Source: Raillietiella orientalis
Lineage: Eukaryota
Assembly (NCBI GenBank): GCA_036172245.1
Contig: JAYWIR010000007.1
Span: 2,232,001-2,296,000, forward strand
Reading direction: 5' to 3'
DNA: 64,000 nucleotides
This document shows, in pieces, positions 25,001-37,824 of this stretch; position 1 is the first letter of the stretch; every line of letters begins with the position of its first letter. The notes below the pieces were generated by a model. The model saw nothing but the letters and a program-made list of their open reading frames with translations. It was not told where the DNA came from and searched no databases. The position numbers and the translations under genes were made by a program.

Positions 25001-27534
25001 CATGAAAACAGCACGCGCCTTCTAGTCTGAGCACCAATGGATCTGCTGTGCGTGATCACCGAAGGTAATAGGAATAGGAGCTTTGATGTCTCAATCTTCA
25101 CGCTAAGAAAAACGTAACGCCACTCATCTCCTGCCGAATCTCTGCGTGTTGTAGACAGCCCAGTGGTATTTATCCTGCAGCAATCCACCAATGTACATTC
25201 GCATCTTCATACGGGGGAATAAACATTTCGCATTAGCCGACATCTCGCACAAACAGTAAGACAATCTCCGATTCAAGCAAGGCGAAATGGAAACATTTTC
25301 TAATTCCAGATGTGCGATATGGTCCTGCGCAATTATAGTTTGGAGTTGAAGGCGGGACACCAAAATACAACCAATTTTTTCCCCAGATTTCAACTTGATC
25401 CCTGCAAAAAAAAAAAAAAAGGAAACTCCGACACGTAAATTACCAAGGAAATAAAATACTGATAAGGAACTGGCTATAATTTCAGTATGAAGTATAAGTG
25501 CACCCTGTTGGTACTACAACAGAAAACGGTGCAAAAACAACACATGGACAACCCCCAGTACTAGAATTTTGTATCTTTTAGTCACACTACAAAAATTAGA
25601 ATAAAAAAGTTACACCTGTCAAACTGGAGGGAAAGGTTTTGCATGACAAATCCAAATGAACAGATAGGTGTAGTGTAAAAATGGATAACAGGTTTGCAGT
25701 AGTCATGCAAGACTGTACAGGCATTGCCTGTACAGTCTGCAGTATGGCTAACATACCAATCAACTGTGACTGAATGTTAGCACAAGTATATTTGAATTTC
25801 TCGCCATGCCCTGCCCAAAGTCCTCCTCTGCTATACCTTATTCTATAGTAATTTTATCCATACACTGCATTTTCAGTGCAAAGGTATAAATACTAATAGT
25901 GATATCTTCTAATTACCACAGATTAGATGCATCACACATTACTGGTTTAGCTTGCTTTCAGTTAAGCAAGTTTTATCTCATCTATCTGTTCATTCCTTGT
26001 GAACAAAGGCTTTGGGTTTTATGGACTAAATAAATCTTTGCTATATAAGGTACTTACACATCACTACATGCATCACTAAGTATTACAATCAAATTCTGAA
26101 GGGATGTGGAATGATAGAAAATTTGGATAAATTTGGTATTCTTCCACATTTAGTCTTTCCAAAAGAGCATGAGATGCTAAAACGGGCACTTTATTTTTAT
26201 GATAAAAAAATGCGGGTAAATGCAAGCCAAAACAATAATTCACCAAAGCAGCTGTCCTGCAATGCCAACGTTGTGTTGTGGACTTGCATTTGTTTCAATG
26301 CAACAAACAACTGAAATGTGATCAGACAAAGCTACAAATTGCAAAAATGCAAACTGCTTTTTATGTTCAAAGAATAAGCATTAATAACACATAATAATAC
26401 AACTTACATCAAAACTAGAAGGCTAATACAATGAAGAGCTAATCAACAAAGCATAATTAAAATTTTTGAATTCACGAGAATATTTCGAAGTTTCAATCTT
26501 ATTGAACACTTCATGATCTTATGTCTCTTCTGCTCTCAATGAATCCATGGAAAAAGCTAAGCAGACTTTTTTTCACACCAATCACAAAAAAAAAATAAAA
26601 AATGTGACTGAAGTTTAAAACAGATTATTGTTATGAAAATGAATTTTAAACTGTACGTATCTATGAAAGCATTATAGCTTGTGCAGGATCCTTAGAAAAC
26701 AATTGCAGTTTGCTAAAACAGACATACACAATCGAGATTTCAATCAATGAATTTATGGAATAATAAAAAAAAATTAAAGAAATACGGCTAAAATGCCCTG
26801 AAATAAAGCCAAGTAGCAATCAAGCAGGATAAAAACACACAAAATGAACTAAAAATACCCAGGAATATCATATTGTATAAAAAAAAAACGTGTGATGTCG
26901 CAAATTGGATCAAACGTATGGATTCTTATGCTAGTTCGAGAAAACTATTTGATCATCCAGCAAACAAGGCGGTTAAAAATTATGGAGAAATAGCAACGCA
27001 CCCAATCTTTGACACCATTTTTTATTGACACTAAGAGGGTTAAATTTAGTAGATTAAAATTAATTTGATTTTTTGTTGAAGATTTTCAAATCCATACTTC
27101 TGATTCTTGATGAATTGTTCTCTATTAATTTTGGTCCTAATTTTGGCTTTCAACATCAGATTAACAATTACAACGTGATATACTTGTATGTGCAAAAAAC
27201 TGCGAGATCAAAAATCAAATCCCTTGAATTGGAGATCGGAATTTCATCAGCACTTCTTGTTTTACCATTGAGTTTGTATTTTTACCGGAAATTCATAAGA
27301 AATATATGTAAACGTATTCCTTGATATTCCTCATGCATTAAATTACCAGCACTCAACTTTATTATTGTGACTGATTTTGGCATCTGAACAGAGAATACGT
27401 GAATAAATGCTCTGCTCTTATGTTCTTCCATTAAGTACTACAAATTAAACCTTCTCGAATTCTTCATGTTCGTGGCTGACTACTTGCCATTTTGAAGTTT
27501 TAATGCACCAACCTATTCAAAGGAATCCACAGCA

Positions 27535-28067
27535 TCATAAGTTAGTTAACTCATTTAGGGACAGATCACTCCATTTCTGCTCCTACAAAACAGAAATCAT
27601 CAAATAACAACAGTGTTAAAGACAAATGGGAAGACATTAATGACATGCAAATCAACAAGCATTCAAAGTTGCTTGATGAATGCAAAACATACATAACATA
27701 AAATGAATATACTAGAATAATCATATATCACATATATGGATATTGCTGTTCAAATGGACTTAGTTAAAACATAATGCATACTTGTTCGCTAAAGTTTTCC
27801 TGTGCATTTCCATTTTCGGGTTCTGGGTCGGGCACTTCGAAGGCAGGGACCACTAAATAGAGTTTATTGTTGCTGGTACATACCGAAATGAGCATTTTTC
27901 AATATGGAGATTTTTTTTTTAATTTTATTTATTAAATTTAATTTCTTGCTGCCCAATATTTTCAGCCCGACATTCTTACCGATATCATCATACGTCAGTT
28001 TATCCTCTCTCCATTTTCGATCAGTTTTTGAAAGCAACCGACCATCACATTCATACACGCTATCCAT
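27535..28067 (-). CDS. ANAPC13: Anaphase-promoting complex subunit 13 (3 coding exons, 68 aa)
   Basis: Exons 28067-27980, 27852-27782 and 27582-27535 (GT-AG, phases fit) translate to MDSVYECDGRLLSKTDRKWREDKLTYDDIVVPAFEVPDPEPENGNAQENFSEQEQKWSDLSLNELTNL*. This is colinear with human APC13 MDSEVQRDGRILDLIDDAWREDKLPYEDV..ELPEPEQDNG..EQEMKWTDLAL. An in-frame upstream ATG lies at 28097. Confidence 0.93.
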
Positions 28068-29614
28068 GGGAAACTGCACACGCTTCTGACACACCATGGC
28101 AACAGAGTTTGCTGACCACCCGGGTTCCCACGTCTACATCGTAAGACACCGTCACTGCCGAAGAAAATACAGATGACACAAAGTTAACGTTCATCGAAAA
28201 TAAATCTTACTATCAAAAGAAAAAAAAAAGATTTATGTGACTTTTAGAAAATTAAACGAATAATCCCGAGATGTGCCTATTTCGTTGCTTTAGGGCCGGA
28301 GGTAGTTCAGCAATTGAGTGTCGTGTGGATCTTCGATAAAGCAATGAAATTCCCTTGAAGCAAAGCTCGTAAAAGGATTTGATCGGTAGATTTTAAAAAA
28401 ATAAATATGTTCACAATAGAAAAATCTGTCACAAAACGTGAATGCTTTTAATTTCGCAAATAAAAGTCTTATAAATACTGAGAATAAAACAATAAAAATA
28501 AACGTAAAACAACTACACACATTCAGAATTCCTCGAATTTATAAATTCCTCGATAATTGACACTTCAACTTGCATAATTATGCTTCCAAATCCGCATTTA
28601 TTCGTAACAGACATTTGGAATTCATTTTACATGCAAGAAAAGGGTGCAATGAAAAGGAGACATCTGTAAAACACCCACACATATGTACACAAAACCATAC
28701 TTCAGTGAAGTGCTGATTAAATAAGATCAACACTAAGAGTTAATACTGTTTACCTTATTTAATCAACATTAACTGAACCAATAATAAACCAAAGAAAATT
28801 TAATTAAATGAAGATTTTTGTAATGTCACATGAGAACCACATAATCGCAAAACAAAGATAAAAAACAAAAACACTGACATTCGTATTGCGAGCAAGAATT
28901 AAGTAAATCAGGTTTAATACGTCATTATGAATCTAAGAGTTACAGATTCATATTTTCTGGAACCCGGAAGCACATCGGCTTATACCGAAAATATACGGGA
29001 AAACAACGTCACGCCTTGGGTATTATTCGAAAAATTCTTATAGCACAATGCCATGTTTTTAATCGAAAACATTTACAAGACATTCCGATGCTTCCAAATT
29101 ACATTCTTCAATATGTAAAGCTTCAATTACATAGCTATGACATCCATAATGGATTCACTAAAAGATTGATGAGAAATCATGAAATAATCAAGCTCATTCT
29201 ACATCTTGTTCTTGGATTTATGCCATATACTTGCACTAATGAAACCTGAGGTACTTCATGGCTGCTTTCAAGAATTCCATATCCAATGGAATTCTTGAGC
29301 GTACTTCAAAATCGGGATTACCATGTGTTCGGGAAAAGCTTCACAGCTAGAAATTATTGAGTTTTCTTTATAAAAATTCATTTTCTATTCAATCAATTGA
29401 AAATGACAAACATTTCCTACTACTCATTTAATCTGATGTAATGATATCATATCTACGTTGGTTCAATCCCTTTCATCAAAATAATTTTATTTTGCAAATT
29501 CTGTTTACAGTACAACAAAACAGCTTGCACTGGAATATGTAAACCAAGCATAGCATTATAATTTCTTCGAAATATTGCATTTAATGTATTCATATACATA
29601 AACAATTCCAACTT

Positions 29615-31491
29615 TTACAATGCCGATGCTCCTGAGATGATCTCAATCAATTCTCGTGTGATCACTGCTTGACGTGTTCTATTGAAAGTAAGGGTAAGCT
29701 TGGCAATCATATCTCCTGAAATGTTTTTTTCAGTTACATTGTAAATCTGCATTACATGAAAACCAAATGCAAACCTGCATTTTTGCTAGCACTATCCATT
29801 GCTGTCATGCGAGAGGACTGCTCACTACAGGCTGACTCTTTAAGTACATAAAAGAGGAGAGAAGCCAACAAATATTCTTGATATGATTTCAGGACATCAT
29901 CATCCAGACTATCATAAATAGGAAACTTTTCACAATTTGAGAAAGCATTCATGCTATAGATTGGAAGCTTTTTGGTGTTGTATGAAACTACAGACCTAAA
30001 TGCAGAATAAGTACTCATTTCAACAATGCTGAACTACCTGAATTCATTGTAATACAATTTCCCACTTTCAAATTCATACCCAGAGTTCATAATTTCCTGG
30101 GCTATAGATACGGCATCTTTGAAAGTTGTGGGTTTTTTACCCACATCACTGATGCAAAACAGAATATTTTGAGGGAATAACCTAAAATACACAGGTTATT
30201 ACATACTCGCCATAGTAAAGAAAATACCGAGATAAGATGAGACGTGACTTGTCTCCAATACAAATTAATTTTGTATTTTCTATGTTTGGTGCAATATCCA
30301 CTTTGACAGCCTTTGCTATAGATGAATGTACTCCTCCACATAAACCTCGATCAGATGTAACAGCTACCAATAGTTGATACATTTTGTCAAGTTCTGGTCT
30401 TGAAATCTCAGCTCTTTCATAAAATGCCTAACAACAAAATCCACTCTTTTTAAACACTTGCAAACCAATAATGAAATGTAATATGAAATGAAAGGACCAA
30501 AATAAAATGAAACAGGTTTCTGCATATAGATATATCATTAGGATCACTCAAATTACAAAATATAAATATGATACGCACTTATAAAAATCACAGTGGTCTG
30601 ACCATAACATTGAAACTAATAGTTACAAAGAATGGCAGAGAAACTAATCTGAGAGTTCTTTCAAGACAAATGTTTCTCCTCTCAGCAGAAGCAGAAAACT
30701 GACATTTTTTTTCTTCTTACAGATAAAAACTTTGAATGAAATGTTTTAAAATAACATACAAACCTGGGCACCTACACCATAAGAACGTGCTGGCTTTAAC
30801 TCCTTTTCTGCCCTTGCATATTTGGCTGCTGATACCATTTTCATTGACTGTGTTATTTTCTGAATGTTTTTCACTGACCTAAGTCTCATAGATATATCTT
30901 TTAACGTTGCCATTCCACGATACTGCTGCACAGCTATATGCAAGGTGCTAAATAAATGAAAACACATCATGTAGAAATACATTTACTCATGGCTGTAATG
31001 CAGATCATGAGCATCACATCACAAGTTCATGATTTTATATTGTATGTTCTAATACTGCAGTAGAAGTAAATAATTTGAACCATCATCCTCAATATTGTCT
31101 TTGATTGGGGAATCAAGACTTAGTCTGTATTCTTAGGAATAGTCATTAGAAACAACTGGTTCTTAAAATCAAACTGCCTACAGCCTAGATCTGAATTATT
31201 ATCAAAAAACTCAAGTAGAAAACAGTCTTTTCAAAAGCATGGATGCTGCTTATCCAAGAAATTCAATATAAATGCTATGCTGAACTCCAAACATCAATAA
31301 GATCCTCAAAGAAAAAATTTTGGCTTTAATTTTCAAGTGAGAAATATCAAGACACATGAAAGAAAGAAAAAATTGTGACATAAGGAAACTAATGCTGTTA
31401 ATGAATTGTTGATTTATTTTCACAATTTTATTAAAATGAAGTGGCATGAAACCTTATGGTCTTACAAAACAGTTGTTGGGAATCCTAACAT
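29615..31491 (-). CDS. ATP5F1C: Mitochondrial ATP synthase F1 gamma subunit (6 coding exons; first exon tentative)
   Basis: [99 protein letters not shown]. Stop at 29615-29617. Short introns at 30182-30227 (46 nt) and 29996-30037 (42 nt). Exon 1 (31491-31466, MLGFPTTV) was chosen on phase fit and a GTAAGA donor. Confidence 0.95.
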
Positions 31492-34400
31492 GTCATACAC
31501 CAAATTAATTGGTAGAACTTATCCGAATCTATGTGGGTTTAAGTATCCCAATAGATCTTCCGAGGGTTAGTTTACAAAGCGAATTTTCTAGCTTAGCGAT
31601 TAGTGTGATCGAAACGAGGTCACTAAAATTTACGGGTAAAAATGATACACCAACCATCATTGGCCACTGGGTAAGATGATTGGTAAGAAGACTGGTAAGA
31701 TGTTTAGAAATTTAGGGTGGGTAAGTTTATAGCTTGCAAATGCAAAACCTGTGGAATTTATGTGTAAACGTTTCATACCATCTTCGTCGAAGCAAATCGA
31801 TTGTTTTTCTTGCCATCTTGGGCATTTCACTGAATACCACAGCATGGATTATAACAGCAACCATTTTTGATTGAATACCAGAAATGTTTTGTTTTGTTTT
31901 TTTTTGGCACAAAAAGCTCATATAATCTACAGTCGGCCACACTTCATTCACTATGAAGACGCAGCCAAAAAAAAAAAGTCACGGTGTGTTTCCGCGGCCA
32001 AAATTCATTCAATTCACTACTATTCTTCTCTACAATCCTCCATTGTACGTCTGAGGTAATGCAGATTTTTACACATCGTGTAAACATGCAATGCAGTCAT
32101 GCATTGCACACACTTTGCAAAAGGGAATGATAAATGATTTTTTACCTTGGAGTCATTGCGGTATACAACATTATCGTTAATAATATATCGTGGTGCTCGC
32201 TCACAAATTTCTGCTGCTGCAACACAAAAGGCCGAAATCACACCATCAATCCCAAACTTTCAATTTCGGTACACGGAGAGCAGACGAAGAGGGCCACTTC
32301 TTTGCCTGCGCGCCCGTCCTCCAACCATCGGGGCTGCGCGCCGCTCGTTGCCCAGCGGCCCTCTCTCTACCACAGCTGTCCTGCAAATTCGTGGGTGCAT
32401 TGGACATGATAAATTCTGAATCACGATGATGAATACGATGTCCCGTATTAAATGACATCCGTATTTATTCCTTCTCGACCTGGGTTACTAAAATCCGGTG
32501 AAGCATTTCCTCACTCTCAGACGCTTTCTAGCTCCAACCGTTAGATTGGTACTTATGGCATGAAAAATCTGGAGACAACTTGAGCAGTTGGAAAAGAGTT
32601 GGGAAGAACCTCTATTTGCACTTTTGAAAATTCTGGAAAATCTATCAGTAGCCAAGGAAGAATTCACCTGAAATGAATAGGATAACTGTGAGATGATCTT
32701 CACGAAGAAATTTCAACTTGCTGAAATGGACACACAAAAATTCGTTTATATAGACAATATGCATGGAATCCGTGAATATTGACAAATTTTTGCATTTATC
32801 GTGGCTACATCAAAAAATAACAACATTACCAATGATAGCAATTGGATTATTGGATTCCAGCAACCTCCAAAACAGAGTTAAACACTCTTTAACTGAATTA
32901 ATACGTGCCAATGATGAAGCACATAATTCAATCAATCATCAGTGGAAAGAAATATATGAAAATTGCAAATTGACACAGCATCTTATAATAATTCTATCAA
33001 AAAAGTGATCCAAAAATTGGTATTATTCTTCTAGATGGTTACAAAAGATTGCTTGATACACTTTCATCAAGAAGAAATGAACTTTTGCAACTAAATCTAT
33101 ATGAAATGCAATCCCAAATAGAGACAAGTTCCAATTTTGTTTTACGTCATCTTCAGTCGAAAGCTCATACTGATGATTATCCCAGGCAAAAGTCTCATTG
33201 GTTTCGTACTGACGAAGACGACTGGAATCAAGGCATCAAAGTTGCAACTGCTCGTTTATGCCAAATTGTATCCTGAAGAGAGTAACCTGTTTCTCTATTC
33301 TAAATGAGTGGTCATCCTTGTCTGAGATAGAATTTCATTCTTTTGATCTATTCGCTGTTTCCAGGTTGAGATACCATGGAAACTTAATCTTTTACTTACT
33401 TTTCGAGTGAATGCATTACTTTTATCCTTGTTTGGAATGTGTGCTTGAGAACGTTGGTTTCAATAACTTTTCCTATATAGAATTCGAGATATCTATGGCC
33501 TCCCTTTGACGCTGCTCGCCGGAAGTTTTCGACCCGTTTTGGACCTTTATGATTTGTCTGTTCAGACCTCTTTCTCCCTGTCCAGATACACACCCTTTTG
33601 GCAACTGAGAAGTTCCCACTCGCATGAAGGAAATGAAAGATCGGTTAATGGGAACAGTTTGAAACAAAGCAAACAAGCCCTCATAACGTGGATATTTGGT
33701 ACTGGATGCACATTTTAAATTCAATGTCAACAGCTTGAGTGCTATAACCCTGATTTCCGATTTCATCATAACGTTTTGGTAACGTTTTTACTCCCAACCC
33801 CTCGATAAATAACGGAGAGTGATTTCTACAACCGCGAACCGCGCTCGAAAAGATCGCATGGAAGGTGGAATTTTCGTGTGAAGAAAACCTTAATTCAACT
33901 AATTGCTTGCCCCGAGTCAGCAAAACTCAAAGATAAGGTGGGAGATGAAAATTGCCAGTGTCAAGGTGAATCAGAATGCATTTGTTTCATACGCTTATGC
34001 AGGGCAATGGCGAAGGAAAAACGATGTAGCTGCATTTCTCTTACTTGTGTCTGATGTTTTCTCGATGGCAACTCCTGGCAAGGAATAATTTTCCGATATA
34101 TATATATATATATATATCCCGCAAGGGAAACATCATATTCGCCTTCAGTCCACCAATAATAATAAATACAGTTAGCTCAACAAGCAACGATAATCAGATC
34201 GATAATGTACATTCCACGGAGGAAACAAAATATAAATAATCAAATAAATTGTAAGCGCGTGCCAACACACAAAAGCACCGAGGCATTTGCATTGCTTACT
34301 CGAATCTGCCCAAAGTGCCTTTTCTATCTCCTCTTTTTTGCCTCGACGTCACACATGCAGAACCGAGACGTAAACGACAAACCCCTTTAGTAGCTGTGGC

Positions 34401-35426
34401 ATCCCAATGGTAACTCTCCTTTGCATCACTCCTGGAACCTGGAAGAAACTCTGCAACCCTTGCTGAAGATTTCCGCCCTTGGTTTTTGTACCCATAATGA
34501 ATGCAGTGAGCGCTAAGTGGAAACGAGCAACCAGGAATGAATGTGTGTGAAGTGTCCATGAGACATCCCGGCACTCACGAAGTGCACCGCACTTCTGAAA
34601 AAAGGTTCTGATCCTGGAAACACTTGTGTCTGAGGACAGTTGGACGGCAAATTACACACCAGCACCAAGCACGTCCAGATTTGCCTATTCCGAACCAGCC
34701 CTTTGTGGCCTGTGAGTGCAAAGGAAGGAGAAGTGGGCTTCAGTGCAATAAAGTGTGTAATTATGCACTGTGTTGTATCTAAATGAGTCATTTTTTTTCC
34801 CGAACACATTCATACGAAATATTTCGAGAATTGGCGGAAGAAACGCGAGTTGCAGACGACTGTTTGGGCATACTCATATGGTCCACTCACTGATGGACTC
34901 CGAAGTAATGAATGATTGTTTTTCTGGAAAAAGCAGCAACTACCAAGCAGCTGCTCTCGTTATAAAAGAAGGTTCTCTTGTAAAATACTATTAGTCCAAT
35001 CACAGTTATATGGATATATACAATATCTTGTAAGCTACTCTCTTGAATAATGTCTTCTAAGAAAGAATAATCTATCATGCTATATGTTTGCGTGTTCTGC
35101 GGCACCTGGACTCGGATTAATGTTTTAGAATTTAAACTGACCCTCGAGTATTGTCTAAGCATTAGTAGTTTAAATTTTCACTGCTAAAGTCGAATGCTTC
35201 AGTAATGTACTCTACATGGTGCTCATTATGGGTAGTCCTCTTCCGGTCAAAATTAAGGTATGTGGGCATGATGTAAAAGTGGGATCGGATTTTTTTTCCC
35301 GTTTATGTGGACATATCGGAAATCGAAAGGTCAAGAAACTTGCGTCATAATAATAATAAAGCGGTAACTGGAAGTCGTACAAATCTGAGCGTACCTGTTT
35401 CTCACTCGTCCTGGTACACCGCTGTT

Positions 35427-36977
35427 TCCCACCCGGGTGCGCTGGGGCGTTTATTTCTAAACTATCCGGGAACAGAGTTCCCGGACAAAGGACACAAAAA
35501 AACGAAGGGAGGGCTCCCCGACGCTTAGGTCGGTAAACGAAAGTCCGGAACGGGAGGGAGGGGACCACAGATACACATATAAAAAATATAAATAAAGATA
35601 CGAGGAGGGTAGGGGACAGGGGTCCTTGGCTTCGGCCGTTCCTTTGTTTCAGAACTGGCGTTACATACCAGAGATCTCGTTCTTTGCGTGTTCTGGAAGA
35701 TGAGATCAACCGGCAGCCGACGTCATGTTCTCGTCGGCTATTCCAGTGGCCTGTCGACGAATCGCCTGCGTCTCCAGCTCTCTGTAGGCCTTTTCGATGG
35801 CGCGGGTGCAACAGACAGTTGCGACCACCGCACCTAACGATAGGCCGCCTGGCGTGAAGAAGCGGCGCATCAAATCCCTTGCGGTGTCCCCCTGGAGCAG
35901 AAGAGCTGAGGCCAGCCTCCGCCACAGTCCTTGCAGTCCAAAAGCAGGTGCGGGAGTGTTTCTGCTTCTCCGCACCTTTTGCAGTTTGAGGAGACACCTC
36001 TCTCGGAAACAAGGTTCGTGCGCTGGTTGCAATGGAAACCCCAATGCACCAGCATGATAACGTCTTGTTTCGAAGAAAGGGGGAACACTGCAGTGTTCAT
36101 GCATGAGGGAGGGACCACAAGTTCTTCGGGGAGCACATTCAAGAGTTCGCTCCACCGAAGGAGTCCCTTCGGGATGTCGTTAGGCGTGGAGGCGTCTGCC
36201 AGACTGCTAATCCTCCAGCCGCCCATGGGTCGGGTTGCTTCAGCGATAGTGCAGGCGACCTCCCGCCTTGCCGGTGGGCAACTGTCGTCACTTGCCCTGA
36301 GGGCCGACAGCGCTTCGGCGAGGAGCGTGACGGCCAGGCAAGTCCACTTTTCCTGGTTCTGCATCACCTCCTCCACTGTACAGTAAGGAGAAAGGTTCGC
36401 GCAAAGGAGTTCCAAACGAGACACATCCTGTTGCCTTGCCCAGGCATGCAACGGCTCCTGCCGCTAGACGTTAAAGTTCGTTGGGCGGCAGGAGATCCAT
36501 GCGTGGGTTACCAGGAGCCGGTAAAGAGGTTTCAAGGGGAAACCGAAGCTTCTCGTGGCGCGCTCCGTATGTGGACGGAGCGACAGAAGTCCTTCGCTGC
36601 CGGTGCAGCGCCGCAGTAGCAGGCGCGCGGGAGCACACCACGAGTGGGCCAAAGGTTGGCGCGAAGGGCCAACATCCGAAACTGCACCTGCAGTTCGATC
36701 CTCTCCAACGTCAGGATCCCAAGCCGGCATCCCGACGCGGAGCTGCCAAGTCTTTGAGGCGGATCCTGGACCTCGCGGATCCCCACAAAGCGTTTCTCAA
36801 GAGGCGTCTCTCCTGAAGCTTGGCCTAGTAGGGGGGCGGGCAAACAAAAAACAGGGGGCGGAAGAGGGGGGCAACGAATGTTCCAGACGGAGACCCGCTC
36901 CGGCAGGATGAACCTGCCAAGGTGGAACGGGCTTAGAGCACTCGCAGCCTTCCGAAGGTAGTCCGACCACGCTTCCA
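35427..36977 (-). mobile_element. 5'-truncated L1/Tx1-like non-LTR retrotransposon (RT thumb to CCHC + 3' UTR) with TSD
   Basis: Frameshifted minus peptides WSDYLRKA..LPERVSVWN, RLGILTLE and CKRCGEAETLPHLLLDC (CCHC). Minus-strand AATAAA at 35450-35455. Direct repeat CTGGTACACC(G/A)CTGTT at 35411-35426 and 36978-36993. Confidence 0.88.
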
Positions 36978-37150
36978 CTGGTACACCACTGTTGTGGCTT
37001 AACCCAGACTTCATCAGTCACCGACGTGATTCAAACCCATGAATAGATAAACCAAACTTGGCGAAATACAGACCAGAAAGAAAGGTTGGAGAATGTAAAC
37101 AATCTTTTAATGATGAATTGTTCATCACTAATGACTGCAGAAGTGAAAGA

Positions 37151-37189
37151 ATCGCTTCTCCGCCTTTTGGATAAGATCAAAGTGTGTAT
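37151..37189 (+). pseudogene. U2: U2 snRNA 5' fragment (about nt 1-40), 3'-truncated
   Basis: ATCGCTTCTCCGCCTTTTGGATAAGATCAAAGTGT-GTAT versus invertebrate U2 ATCGCTTCTCGGCCTTTTGGCTAAGATCAAAGTGTAGTAT: 2 substitutions and 1 deletion. It starts at U2 nt 1 and homology stops after the branch-point recognition sequence. Confidence 0.9.
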
Positions 37190-37824
37190 GTGAGAAAAAA
37201 AATTAAAAATCACACTTTTTAAAGAAAAGAAAAAAAATGGAAATCCTTCTTTTCTGTCTTCGCAGTTCTTTGAGACTGTTCCACGCCACCTGAGGGTGGG
37301 TGATTCTTCAAGATAGGGGGTACCCCGGGAGGGATCCGCCCTATGAATCCAGGAAGGACTCGGACTGCTGTTCCTCTCACTCCTGGGGAGGGATCCCCGG
37401 AAATGGAGATCACCTCCACTTTGGTTGTCTCCGAAGGGGAATCCAGAAGGGGACCTCCTTCCTTATTCTCTCCGGAAAGGGGTCCGTTCCATCCTACCTT
37501 CTCTGAAGGGAACCCGGAAAGGGTCCGACCCTGAAATTTATTCTCCGGAGGGATCCTCCGCAAGGGATCCGCCTCCGTTTTTACTCCTCTGAAGAGAACC
37601 CCGAAGGGACGCTTCCGAAATTCAGAAGGGTGCTGCTTCCCCGAAGGGATCGGCTCGCTTCTCTGAACTCTCTCTGGGGAAGTGGTGGCGACACACCTAC
37701 TCCATCAGTCCGATGCGGAGGGTCCTCCCTGGGATGGGGAGTCCGCTCCTTCACAACCGGAAGGGAGCTCCCACTCCGCGGTAGCTGCACGTGAGAAAAA
37801 AAATTAAAAATCATATTTTCTAAA
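37190..37824. repeat. ~600-bp GC-rich insert flanked by 23-bp perfect (about 35-bp imperfect) direct repeats
   Basis: GTGAGAAAAAAAATTAAAAATCA at 37190-37212 and 37791-37813. The interior contains many CCG(A/G)AGGGA-like repeats. Confidence 0.8.

Noticed and set aside
27980..28097. Phactr-like PP1 regulator suggested by RVQF..DRKW..KLT
   Set aside because: Splicing to the next two exons gives a full-length APC13 match.
33200..33240. 'TDEDDWNQG' resembling phenuivirus RdRp motif A (SDDARKWNQG)
   Set aside because: Spacing and the conserved K differ, and no motifs B/C follow.
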